Part shown: positions 1 through 8,438 of the stretch, piece after piece
Layout of the letters: each line of letters opens with the position of its first letter
Numbering within the stretch: the first letter of the stretch is position 1
Source: a virus
Strand: one strand, 5' to 3'
IMG/VR virus record: IMGVR_UViG_3300026484_000382
Coordinates: 1-64,000 of that record
Length of the DNA: 64,000 nucleotides
The notes under the pieces: model-generated
The model's database searches: none
The model's input: the letters and a program-made list of their open reading frames with translations, nothing else
What the model was told of the DNA's origin: nothing
Program-made: the position numbers and the translations under genes

Positions 1-213
1 CCTGATAAAGCATTTGATGATACTACAGAGTTCTTTAAGATAGTTAAAAAAATAACATCTGACACTCATATTCCTATGAAAATAAAATTTAAATTCAAAG
101 TGCCTAAATGGGTAACAAGACAAACAGCAGGAATGATGCAACTTAAATTAACTTCTGTCGAAGATATTATATGGTATCATTATAAAAAATTTAAGACAGG
201 AGAATGGCTCTAA
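1..213 (+). CDS. 3' end of a hypothetical (possibly tail-associated) protein, partial
   Basis: Frame 1 is open from base 1 to TAA at 211-213 (...HIPMKIKFKFKVPKWVTRQTAGMMQLKL...GEWL); the C-terminal beta-strand pattern resembles the ends of ORFs 23116 and 26154. Confidence 0.6.
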   Translation, partial: PDKAFDDTTEFFKIVKKITSDTHIPMKIKFKFKVPKWVTRQTAGMMQLKLTSVEDIIWYHYKKFKTGEWL

Positions 214-214
214 C

Positions 215-338
215 CTTAAATGAAACTTAAGGCTTTTTACTGTTTTTACAGAAATCCTTAAGCAAACTTTAAGAAAAGTGTTGTTTTTCGTATATAGAGA
301 TAAGGGTAAACCCCCCACTTTTCTTAAATGAAACTTAA
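215..338. repeat. Intergenic direct and inverted repeats
   Basis: CTTAAATGAAACTTAA at 215-230 and 323-338; 13-bp inverted repeat TTTAAGAAAAGTG 268-280 / CACTTTTCTTAAA 316-328 enclosing GGGTAAACCC. Confidence 0.6.
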
Positions 339-363
339 ATTGTTAAAAAATTGGAGTATATTT

Positions 364-1515
364 ATGAATTTATTAAAAGAAGCAAAAACAAGATTGTGGA
401 AAGAAGTGGATAGGCTGCTAAATTCAGGAACAGAAGAAGATAGAGCAAAAGCAATGTCTATTCTAAGTCAAGTATCAGTTCATACTAATAGAAGAAATTC
501 TTTTTATGGAATGCCAACTAAAAATAGAAAGAAACTGTCTTTAAGAGAAATTAACAGTATTGTTAGTGAGAATGGTTCTAGTGAAAACTATAAGAAAGCA
601 TACAGAAAGAATTTAAAGTCAAAAGAAGATGAGTATTTTAAAGGTGGGAAAAACAGTGTTTTTGCTACTGATGAAAGAACCTTTTTGAAATATAAAAACA
701 GACTTCCTTTGAAGACATACGACTCTATAAAAGATGAAGTATTGTTTTCCCCAAAAGATGCAGAAGATAAAATAATGTTTTTCTCAAAAGACACTTTTAA
801 TAACCATAAGTTCAATGCTTTTAATTATTTAAAAAGCAAAAATTTATATTTTAAAAATAAAGAAGATGAAGTTAAAGCATTAGATAAATTATTCTTAGAT
901 CCAGAAGAGATGCAAAAAGAACTTCAATTGGAAAAGACTTTTGAAAAAGGACGCATTCCTTCATCTCCAGACAAAATAAATTTAATACACAAATATAAAA
1001 ATAAAAACCCAAACAATCCTGTATTCCCTGCTTCTACAGTAGGGGTTAGTAATTTAAAATATCAGTACAAAAGAAATAAATATTTTGTTCCTAAAAATGG
1101 TAAGGTGGTTTATGGTAGAAATGGATATGCTACAGCAATAGAGCCAGGATTGTATGCTACAGACCAGATGCCATTACTGTATCAAAGATATGCAGAAAAA
1201 GGCAAATTAACAGATGATGATATAAACAATATATTATCATCAGAACATATGATGACTCATTATAGAGGTTTTAAAATGGATGATGGTGATATCCCAGCAA
1301 TTATGAGGCTTAAAGGAACAAATTATTCTAAAAAATATAAGGATACTATTAAACCTGATGTAATAGACTCTGAAGATGAAGTAATTGTCCCTTTAAAGGA
1401 TTATAAAAATTATAATGTAGAACCTTTTCACAAAGGTAGAATTTTAGAAGATAAAATTCATTCAAAGATAATATCTGAATTTAACACAAATACAAAAAGG
1501 AATAGAAATGGCTAA
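364..1515 (+). CDS. LxKxA-leader protein, putative packaged effector; C-terminus possibly ADP-ribosyltransferase-like
   Basis: Start moved to ATG 364 behind GGAG; begins MNLLKEA; C-terminal VYGRNG...GLYATD...YA...PAIMRL...SEDEVIVP pattern. Confidence 0.6.
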   Translation: MNLLKEAKTRLWKEVDRLLNSGTEEDRAKAMSILSQVSVHTNRRNSFYGMPTKNRKKLSLREINSIVSENGSSENYKKAYRKNLKSKEDEYFKGGKNSVFATDERTFLKYKNRLPLKTYDSIKDEVLFSPKDAEDKIMFFSKDTFNNHKFNAFNYLKSKNLYFKNKEDEVKALDKLFLDPEEMQKELQLEKTFEKGRIPSSPDKINLIHKYKNKNPNNPVFPASTVGVSNLKYQYKRNKYFVPKNGKVVYGRNGYATAIEPGLYATDQMPLLYQRYAEKGKLTDDDINNILSSEHMMTHYRGFKMDDGDIPAIMRLKGTNYSKKYKDTIKPDVIDSEDEVIVPLKDYKNYNVEPFHKGRILEDKIHSKIISEFNTNTKRNRNG

Positions 1516-2602
1516 AAACAAAAAAAACAATAATTATACAGGCTTGGGAATAGGTGTTGCTGGTGGTGGTTTATACGGACTTGGTTCATATTTTAAAAAA
1601 GATGTTGGTAGACAACTAAAAGAGAGTACAAAAACACTGCAAGATATAGAAAAAGGAATAGCACAGGAAGAAAAAGATATTAATATGGGTAAAAAGTATA
1701 TAAAAGAAATAAAAGACAAATACGGAAATAGTGAGACTTTTGATACATTAAGTTTTCAATACAAAAATAAATTAAATAATAATATTATAACACTACCTGG
1801 GTTAATTAGGGAAAATAGAGACAATATTAAAAAGTTAAAGAAAGAAATAACCCTAAAAGAAAAGAATAGTATCAGTATATTAAGAAGAGAATTAGAAACT
1901 CAAGAAAGAGAAAGAAAAATGTTAATGGATGAAATAGAAAAAATAGATAAAACCATAAAGAATATGGATAAATTAAAAAATAATGTAAAACAAACTATGA
2001 AAAGCGTAAGTGAAGAAAAAAAGAGAATGGAAAATAGAATGATGACAGAAGCTGAATTTAATAGCTTTAAAAAGAATATAGACAAAAAAATTAAAGATAA
2101 TGAAAATCTCCATAAAATAATAAAAAAAGATAGGGAGTTAATTAAGCAAAGAGATGAAACAATTAGAAAGATTAAAAAGATAGACAAAAGAATAGAATCA
2201 TTAGAAAGACAAATTAGTAAAATAGGGCACAATAGTGTAAAAGAAACAGAAATAATTAATCTTAGAAGTAAGTATTCTAAATTAGAGAAAGAAAATCTAG
2301 ATTTAGTTGATAAATTAACAGATTCTAAAAGAGCACTAAGAGAGTTAGAAGAGTATTTAAAAAAAATTGAAAGCGAAGTTAATAATACTAGTGTGTTGGA
2401 TGAAGAATTACTTGCTTCGGCTCAAAAGGGATTGGAATATGAAAAAAACAATACTTTACCAACTTGGCAAAAAATAGTTAAAAACAATAACATTAAAATG
2501 AAAGCTGCTGATTATATAGGTAAAGCAGGTATAGGTGTAGGTATAGCAGGCGCTTCTAAGTTTATTTATGACAAGTATCAAAACAGAAAAAAATCCTTAT
2601 AA
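1508..2602 (+). CDS. Long coiled-coil protein with glycine-zipper helices at both ends
   Basis: GLGIGVAGGGLYGLG at N-terminus, ~300 aa K/E heptad coil, GKAGIGVGIAGASKFIYDKY at C-terminus. Confidence 0.8.
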   Translation: MAKNKKNNNYTGLGIGVAGGGLYGLGSYFKKDVGRQLKESTKTLQDIEKGIAQEEKDINMGKKYIKEIKDKYGNSETFDTLSFQYKNKLNNNIITLPGLIRENRDNIKKLKKEITLKEKNSISILRRELETQERERKMLMDEIEKIDKTIKNMDKLKNNVKQTMKSVSEEKKRMENRMMTEAEFNSFKKNIDKKIKDNENLHKIIKKDRELIKQRDETIRKIKKIDKRIESLERQISKIGHNSVKETEIINLRSKYSKLEKENLDLVDKLTDSKRALRELEEYLKKIESEVNNTSVLDEELLASAQKGLEYEKNNTLPTWQKIVKNNNIKMKAADYIGKAGIGVGIAGASKFIYDKYQNRKKSL

Positions 2603-2675
2603 ATAATGGGTTTTTTCTTGAAATTGTGTTATTTTTGTGATATTATTTTACAATAAATAAAACAAGGAGAAAAAA

Positions 2676-3689
2676 ATGTTTAAAAGAATGCTTAGTTTTG
2701 ACCCAAGGACAAGGATCCATATGAAACAAGAACTTACAAGAGAGGCAGCGATACTTGATTTTTTAAATCATATAGATGAAATAATTGAGAGTATAAGACA
2801 AGAAGAAAAAGAGTTTACAAAAAAAACACTTGAGACAGAGCAAGAAGAAAAAAAAGAATTTTGGAATGTTAGTGAAGCTATGACGATGTTTGAAGTGATA
2901 GAGAGAAGTAATGATAGAAAAATATCTTCTGTGTTGTTTCCTAAAGAAAATGGTCTTTTTGTAAAAGTTTCAAGAGCTGATAATGGAGTTGTTATTGTTA
3001 AAGATAACTACAGACCTAACAAAAAAGAGATGAATGCAGCAAGAAAAGTAAACCAAGAAGAAAACAAACCGAAAATAGAGAAAAACGAACCAAAAGAAGA
3101 GAATGCACCTAAAGAATTAAGAAACTTACTTGATAAAATGATTGCACATAAGCTACCAGAACCAGATGAGCCTGTTTTTAAAGGACCGCTTAAAGGTAAG
3201 TTTAGAAGACATGATATGCATAGTAGATTATCTAAAATTAGAAAATGTAAAAGTGGAGAGTGCAAACACAATGGTGAAGTAAAATATAAACAACCAGAAC
3301 CTGCAAAAACAAATTCTTATACTTGTGAATTTTGTGGAGCAGAGAAAGAACTTTTAGATGGTATTTGTGTTTTACCAAACAATGGAGCATTAAAAACAAA
3401 AACAGTATTATGTGACAAATGTTTTAATAAGTTATTTGGAGAACTTAAGCCTGCTATTGAGAGAAGATTAAAAATGGGTGTATCAGATAAAGCGCCAGAA
3501 CACTATAAAGCACTTATTCAACCAGTAGAAGCAATTAAAATGTGGGGATTAGATTTCACAATAGGTAATATTGTTAAATATGCTGCAAGAGTCGGTAAGA
3601 AAAAAGGTGTAGATCCAATAGATGATTTAAACAAAATTATTCATTATGCAGAAATTGCTAAAAAAGAAATCTTAAACAAAAGGGATTAA
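2676..3689 (+). CDS. DUF3310 (T7 gp1.7 nucleotide-kinase-like) domain protein with CxxC zinc finger
   Basis: PEHY..IQPVEAI...F..GNIVKYAARVGKK...DDLNKIIHY matches the DUF3310 pattern; CEFC and CDKC upstream. Confidence 0.75.
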   Translation: MFKRMLSFDPRTRIHMKQELTREAAILDFLNHIDEIIESIRQEEKEFTKKTLETEQEEKKEFWNVSEAMTMFEVIERSNDRKISSVLFPKENGLFVKVSRADNGVVIVKDNYRPNKKEMNAARKVNQEENKPKIEKNEPKEENAPKELRNLLDKMIAHKLPEPDEPVFKGPLKGKFRRHDMHSRLSKIRKCKSGECKHNGEVKYKQPEPAKTNSYTCEFCGAEKELLDGICVLPNNGALKTKTVLCDKCFNKLFGELKPAIERRLKMGVSDKAPEHYKALIQPVEAIKMWGLDFTIGNIVKYAARVGKKKGVDPIDDLNKIIHYAEIAKKEILNKRD

Positions 3690-3691
3690 AA

Positions 3692-4588
3692 ATGAATGCT
3701 CCAGGTACAATTACAACAAAAGGTGATGAAGTATATGCGGTTCTTCCGCGTATAGTTGCTAAAGGTGCTCCACAAAAAAGAATAACAGAAACAATCTATA
3801 AATTGGTTATGTATGTGTTTAGTTTAGTTGATATTAGAACTGATGATTTATCTGGTAAAAGAATAAAAATAAATGTTCAAGATCTAAATAAACATATGGG
3901 GAGAAAGACGCTTTTTAGTGCTGATGTTTTGCAGAGAGCTAAAAAAAAAGATGTAATTTTTAGTGATAAAAAAACAAATGTAAAAATATTTTCTGAAATT
4001 GGAGATTTTGAAGGTAATTATTTTGTTGTTTTACATGACTCACTAATAGATTATATTCAAGAAAACAAAGATAAAGAGAATATGTTCTTTAAAGTAGATA
4101 TAAAACCTGTATTACAAATGAATACAAAGAAAAATTATTACACATTAATGATGTATGTTTATCTATCTATATACCTTGAAGAGAAAGATGAAAAACTAAT
4201 TAAAAACTGTTTGTGTGAAGCAGGTGTAATTAAAGCTGCTTTGGGTGTAGAAAATTATAATATTTACTTATTAAAGAAAAATGTATTGTCTAGAATTACA
4301 GAAATATTCAATAAAGAACCTTACTCTAAAATATTTGTTACTTATGAAATAAATGGGCATAAAGTAGAATTGTTTGTTGCTAAAAAGAAATACTTCTCTG
4401 ATTATGATGATTTTTTTAATGAAACATTTAATAGAGCATACGGAGAAGGATTTAAAGAAAAAATTGCTTATATGTCAGAACAAGATAAGACTAATGAAGA
4501 TAAAAAATACAATGGTTTTGTGTTTGGGTTATTCACAGGTATATTTGTTGGTGGGATTGTTGGAGGTATTATTTCTGCTCTTTTATAA
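3692..4588 (+). CDS. Rep_3/RepB-like winged-helix protein with C-terminal hydrophobic helix
   Basis: FFKVDIKPVLQM..KNYYTLMMYVYL...IKAALGVENY....KKNVL..I..IFN......VTYEINGHKV follows the Rep_3 pattern; ends GFVFGLFTGIFVGGIVGGIISALL. Confidence 0.5.
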   Translation: MNAPGTITTKGDEVYAVLPRIVAKGAPQKRITETIYKLVMYVFSLVDIRTDDLSGKRIKINVQDLNKHMGRKTLFSADVLQRAKKKDVIFSDKKTNVKIFSEIGDFEGNYFVVLHDSLIDYIQENKDKENMFFKVDIKPVLQMNTKKNYYTLMMYVYLSIYLEEKDEKLIKNCLCEAGVIKAALGVENYNIYLLKKNVLSRITEIFNKEPYSKIFVTYEINGHKVELFVAKKKYFSDYDDFFNETFNRAYGEGFKEKIAYMSEQDKTNEDKKYNGFVFGLFTGIFVGGIVGGIISALL

Positions 4589-4686
4589 ACCAACAACTTC
4601 TTCTCCTTCTTTTTTCCTTACAAATAACATCATTTTGAATATTTGTTTTTTTTAATATAATTGTGTTAAAAAAAAGGAATAAAAAC

Positions 4687-5115
4687 ATGGAAAAACGATC
4701 ATTTACCTTAATAGAATTAATCTTTGTTATTGTGATTATTGGTTTATTGGCAGCAGTAGCAGTTCCTAAGTTCTTAACAACTAAAAAGAATGCAGAAACG
4801 GCTAATTTACCAAGTGTGGGACATCAAGTTGTAACTAAAGCAACAGAACAATACACTATAGTACAAGAAGAGAATTTGTCTAAAATTATAGATGAAGATA
4901 AAGACTTAAAAAGATATTATAATGAAATTAAAGATAATCCATTGTTTGATACTGATAAAAATTACGAAGAATTTAATATATCATGGCATTCAACAGGAGA
5001 AGTGTGTTTGAAAGTGTATAGAGATACTACTGTATATAAAATTAATAAAAATGATGAAGGTATTACATACGACTTCATTGTTAAAGAATTAAATACATCT
5101 TGTAATGCAGATTAA
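4687..5115 (+). CDS. Type IV pilin/pseudopilin-like protein with class III (prepilin) signal
   Basis: MEKRS|FTLIELIFVIVIIGLLAAVAVPKF with E at +5; C-terminal Cys pair; AAGGA RBS favours start 4687. Confidence 0.9.
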   Translation: MEKRSFTLIELIFVIVIIGLLAAVAVPKFLTTKKNAETANLPSVGHQVVTKATEQYTIVQEENLSKIIDEDKDLKRYYNEIKDNPLFDTDKNYEEFNISWHSTGEVCLKVYRDTTVYKINKNDEGITYDFIVKELNTSCNAD

Positions 5116-5161
5116 TTAAATTTTAAGTTAAAATTAAGAATTAGTTAGATATAATTCTATT

Positions 5162-5247
5162 GCTATGTATAATTATAGTCTTACAAGTGGTTCACCCCCT
5201 TTCCACTTGTTTTACCTACACTCAAAAAATATCCCCCTTATGTAAAA
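5162..5247 (+). ncRNA. Candidate small RNA with C/U-rich loops
   Basis: AGATATAAT at 5147-5155 upstream; stem ACAAGTGG 5183-5190 / CCACTTGT 5203-5210 with loop TTCACCCCCTTT; second CCCCCTT near 5233; no ORF. Confidence 0.4.
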
Positions 5248-5351
5248 TAAAATAAAAAAACTCTCTATATATAATGTTTTTTTGGTATAATTATAACAGT
5301 TATATGCTACAAAAATAAATGTAATAGCGTATAAAAAACAAGGAGAGAATA

Positions 5352-5741
5352 ATGAGTAATTTTACTGAGCCATTAGTTGTAGAATATTTAGACAACAACA
5401 AGTGGAAAGTTTGTAGAGAATTCAGTTACTACACATCAATACCGTATGATAATGTGATTGTTAATGAAACAAAAAACCCATATTGGATAACGATAAAAAA
5501 AGGGTTTACTACAGATTTCGCATCTATTCCAAGAGTATTCTGGAATGTTATGAGTCCTTACGACAAACATGCAAAAGCAGCTGTAATTCACGATTTTTTA
5601 TACAAGACCAGAGAATTGCCTAGAGAAATATGCGATAAGATATTCTTGGAAGGTATGGAAGTATTAGGTGTTTCTTGGTGGAGAAGAAATTTGATGTATG
5701 GTGCAGTTAGAATGTTTGGGAGAAGATATTATGGAAACTAG
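5352..5741 (+). CDS. DUF1353 family protein
   Basis: GFTTDFASIPRVFW...AAVIHDFLY...DKIFLEGM...GV.WWRR..MY.AVR.FG. Confidence 0.9.
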   Translation: MSNFTEPLVVEYLDNNKWKVCREFSYYTSIPYDNVIVNETKNPYWITIKKGFTTDFASIPRVFWNVMSPYDKHAKAAVIHDFLYKTRELPREICDKIFLEGMEVLGVSWWRRNLMYGAVRMFGRRYYGN

Positions 5742-6171
5742 AAGTAGAATAAATAGAATATTACCAACAAGTGAAATATTAAAACATAGTGAGTGTGTTA
5801 GTATGGATGCTTTTTTTGATGATTTGATTGAAGAGTTGTTTAGAGAGAATGTTGAAGTTTTGGATGATGTAAAACTAAGCACAGCGTTAATTAAAGATAT
5901 ATATGAAGAATCTGATATGAGGTTTGCAATAGAGATGATATCTGAATTGTTTCCACATGATGGTTTTTTAGTTAAAATAGAAATCCCAGTGCCTACGAAG
6001 ATAAAATACAATGCAGATATAGAAGAATATGAATGGGATGAATCGTTTTGTGTGCATAGTATTGTGTTTATGTATGTTGGCAGTTTAGATGATATAGAAG
6101 GCAAAATTAGCGAAGTAGAAGAAAAAAAGATTAAAGCTTTTATCGAAAAAAGAATAAAAGACTCAGAGTAA
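5731..6171 (+). CDS. Hypothetical acidic protein
   Basis: ORF in tightly packed operon; start METRSR chosen. Confidence 0.65.
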   Translation: METRSRINRILPTSEILKHSECVSMDAFFDDLIEELFRENVEVLDDVKLSTALIKDIYEESDMRFAIEMISELFPHDGFLVKIEIPVPTKIKYNADIEEYEWDESFCVHSIVFMYVGSLDDIEGKISEVEEKKIKAFIEKRIKDSE

Positions 6172-6380
6172 TGATAACAGTAGAAATATTCGATTTAAAA
6201 ATAAAAAATGTGGACTATGAAATGGTGAGAAAAAGTTTTGCAGGGATTGTGTATGGTAACAGTTCTCTGCCAGGCGATGTTTGGAGTGATGACAAAACAG
6301 AATACAATGGAACCTGTTCCGATAAAGAACTTAACGACTTTTTAGAAGAAATAGGTTGTGGAAGAGTGTTTGAGGAGTAA
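6171..6380 (+). CDS. Hypothetical protein
   Basis: TAATG overlap with the upstream gene. Confidence 0.65.
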   Translation: MITVEIFDLKIKNVDYEMVRKSFAGIVYGNSSLPGDVWSDDKTEYNGTCSDKELNDFLEEIGCGRVFEE

Positions 6381-6383
6381 ATA

Positions 6384-6590
6384 ATGCCGTATAGTTATAA
6401 AATAAACACATGTAAAAGAGTATCCATAATGTGTGGTAAATACGGAAAAGCATGTGTTGAAAATAAAACACAGCAGAGGGCCTTTGAGGCCCTTGAAAGA
6501 ATATTATGCCAAATGGCAAGAGATAGTTGTAAAAAGTACAGAAGAAAAAGAAAAGAATACAGAAACAGAAGAATGTTTAAAAGGAAATAA
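6384..6590 (+). CDS. Small basic Cys-containing hypothetical protein
   Basis: GAGGAG RBS; fills the gap exactly to the next start at 6592. Confidence 0.55.
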   Translation: MPYSYKINTCKRVSIMCGKYGKACVENKTQQRAFEALERILCQMARDSCKKYRRKRKEYRNRRMFKRK

Positions 6591-6591
6591 A

Positions 6592-7146
6592 ATGAAAAAA
6601 CACAAATCAAATAAAGGAAACAAAATGGAAAAAAAACATAAATCGAATGTTGAAGAAAAGTCAGGATTAATGTCTCAAGAGGAGATTGAAGCGTTATTAG
6701 AAGTTGTGGAAGAAGATGATTTACAACCTTTAAGTAATAATGGTGATAAATATAAACATAAACATGAAGATAAAATACATTGTCATATTCCAGATAAAAA
6801 ACCAATTTTTTTTGTGAATAATGTAAAACTAAAAAATACTACTGCCAATAGAATGGCGGAGATAGTTGATAGTTTTAATCCAAATACAATTAAAAAGGTA
6901 AAATTGATTTTAACTGGTTCTACTAATCATATGTGTGGAATAGGGTTGTTTTTATTAGTGGGAGATAGAGGTTATTGTGTTTCAAATATTTCAATTAGAT
7001 CATATATAGTTATAAAATCTACCTTATTTGAGAAAAATATTAAAGTAACAGAAACAATGTCTTGTTTAAAAATAGGTGATAATATGGAGATATATGAAAG
7101 CAAAATAACTTTCAAAAACAAATTAGTAGAAAAGAGTACAGAATGA
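6592..7146 (+). CDS. Protein containing a FliM N-terminal (CheY-binding)-like peptide
   Basis: AAGGA RBS before ATG 6592 (second in-frame RBS/ATG at 6625); LMSQEEIEALLEVVEEDD at 6667-6720. Confidence 0.7.
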   Translation: MKKHKSNKGNKMEKKHKSNVEEKSGLMSQEEIEALLEVVEEDDLQPLSNNGDKYKHKHEDKIHCHIPDKKPIFFVNNVKLKNTTANRMAEIVDSFNPNTIKKVKLILTGSTNHMCGIGLFLLVGDRGYCVSNISIRSYIVIKSTLFEKNIKVTETMSCLKIGDNMEIYESKITFKNKLVEKSTE

Positions 7147-7580
7147 GTAAGTTAGCATTTGATTATGATAATTTTAAGTTCGTAAAAACAGAAGATAAAA
7201 AAGATGAAGAAGTAAAAACACCTGTTTTAGCTTCTTTCCCTATGGCTTTAGGTAGAAGTATAGATGTAATATCTGAAGACGGAGAACTCTATATGAAAGG
7301 CATACAGAAAATTAAAATGTCCAATATGAGAATTACTTCTATCAGATGGAATTGTTTGTTTGGTGATAAAATTAAGCAACAAATGAGTGAATATGATAAA
7401 TTATCTGATGGGCAATTATATGATGTTGTAACAATACCTGACATAAACAATGAAATAGGTTTTACATATGTGTTTGGAAATAGTGAAAGTGCAAAAATAT
7501 TCATTAACTCTATGATGGATTTCGCTTCGTCTTTAGTGATAATGGGAAAAGTAAAAGAACAGGAAAGTGTTCATGAGTGA
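7143..7580 (+). CDS. Hypothetical protein
   Basis: ATGA overlap, 145 aa. Confidence 0.7.
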   Translation: MSKLAFDYDNFKFVKTEDKKDEEVKTPVLASFPMALGRSIDVISEDGELYMKGIQKIKMSNMRITSIRWNCLFGDKIKQQMSEYDKLSDGQLYDVVTIPDINNEIGFTYVFGNSESAKIFINSMMDFASSLVIMGKVKEQESVHE

Positions 7581-7764
7581 ATTTGAAAAACTATTTGGGA
7601 AACAGGGTAAAGATTGGGAAACAAAATCAGACTTAATAGCAAAAATCAGAGATGACTTTTTTGAACAGTTAGAACAATTTGTTCCCGGTAGTAGTTTGGT
7701 TAGTTCCGAAGAATGTACTTTATATGCTGTATATAAAACATTGAAAGAATGTAAAAATGGATGA
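7573..7764 (+). CDS. Hypothetical protein
   Basis: AGGA RBS; operon packing. Confidence 0.6.
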   Translation: MSEFEKLFGKQGKDWETKSDLIAKIRDDFFEQLEQFVPGSSLVSSEECTLYAVYKTLKECKNG

Positions 7765-7978
7765 TTTAAAAAAACAAAGATATTTGCAAAACTTTCAAAA
7801 TAGAATAGACGAATTGGAAGAACAGAAAGGTGTTTGTAAGGACAAAGAAAGATTGAATAGGATAGAACAAGAGCTGTATGCATATAAACAAGAAATAAGA
7901 ATGCTTACAGAAACAAAAGAAGAACCTAAAAATAATAAAAAAAGGAAAAGAAGATGTTTAAAGAAGAAGATTATATAA
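7757..7978 (+). CDS. Small coiled-coil hypothetical protein
   Basis: Operon packing, helical charged sequence. Confidence 0.6.
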   Translation: MDDLKKQRYLQNFQNRIDELEEQKGVCKDKERLNRIEQELYAYKQEIRMLTETKEEPKNNKKRKRRCLKKKII

Positions 7979-8142
7979 CAAAGAAAACAAATAAAATATT
8001 TGGTTTTATAGCAGGAGCTATTGTTACTGTTGTAGCTGCACAGGTTGCTTTTAATTTCCATCAAGATATAATCGGTTTTGCTTGCCTTATTGCCACTGCT
8101 GGATTTGCTGGTGGTCTTTGGATGGAATTAAGTTTTGAGTAG
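7954..8142 (+). CDS. Small two-helix membrane protein
   Basis: AAGGA RBS; two hydrophobic segments. Confidence 0.65.
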   Translation: MFKEEDYITKKTNKIFGFIAGAIVTVVAAQVAFNFHQDIIGFACLIATAGFAGGLWMELSFE

Positions 8143-8178
8143 AATTGAGTAAAGTTGATTGAATGTATTTATTTTTTT

Positions 8179-8202
8179 TGATACAATAAACAAAAAAAAG
8201 GA
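8179..8202 (+). promoter_or_regulatory. Extended -10 promoter plus RBS cassette
   Basis: TGATACAAT-AAACAAAAAAAAGGA, a layout shared with many cassettes in this window. Confidence 0.7.
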
Positions 8203-8208
8203 TAAACA

Positions 8209-8424
8209 ATGATTTCAAAAGGTTATGTTGAGTATAAAGGTGATATAGGACCAATTAAGGCTGGGTGGCCAGATTTAGGGACTTGTGGTGATGCAGGTTC
8301 AATTAAAGCTGGGTGGCCCGATATGGGAACTTGCAGTAAGATAGGTGATGGTGGAGATGCTTTAATGGCTAACACTGAATGGCCTCCTGCTTTAATGGCT
8401 AATACTGATTGGCCACCACTATAA
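8209..8424 (+). CDS. 71-aa repeat peptide, (IKAGWPDxGTC)x2 + (ALMANTxWPP)x2
   Basis: Own promoter/RBS; the repeats differ mostly at synonymous positions. Confidence 0.8.
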   Translation: MISKGYVEYKGDIGPIKAGWPDLGTCGDAGSIKAGWPDMGTCSKIGDGGDALMANTEWPPALMANTDWPPL

Positions 8425-8438
8425 GAGGAGTGATAAAA

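Noticed and set aside
4374-4655. 93-aa plus-strand ORF overlapping 3692
   Set aside because: Alternative-frame overlap with a TTG start and no RBS
6433-6591. N-terminal extension of the 6433 ORF
   Set aside because: It overlaps the RBS-supported 6384 gene; strong RBSs sit before 6592 and 6625
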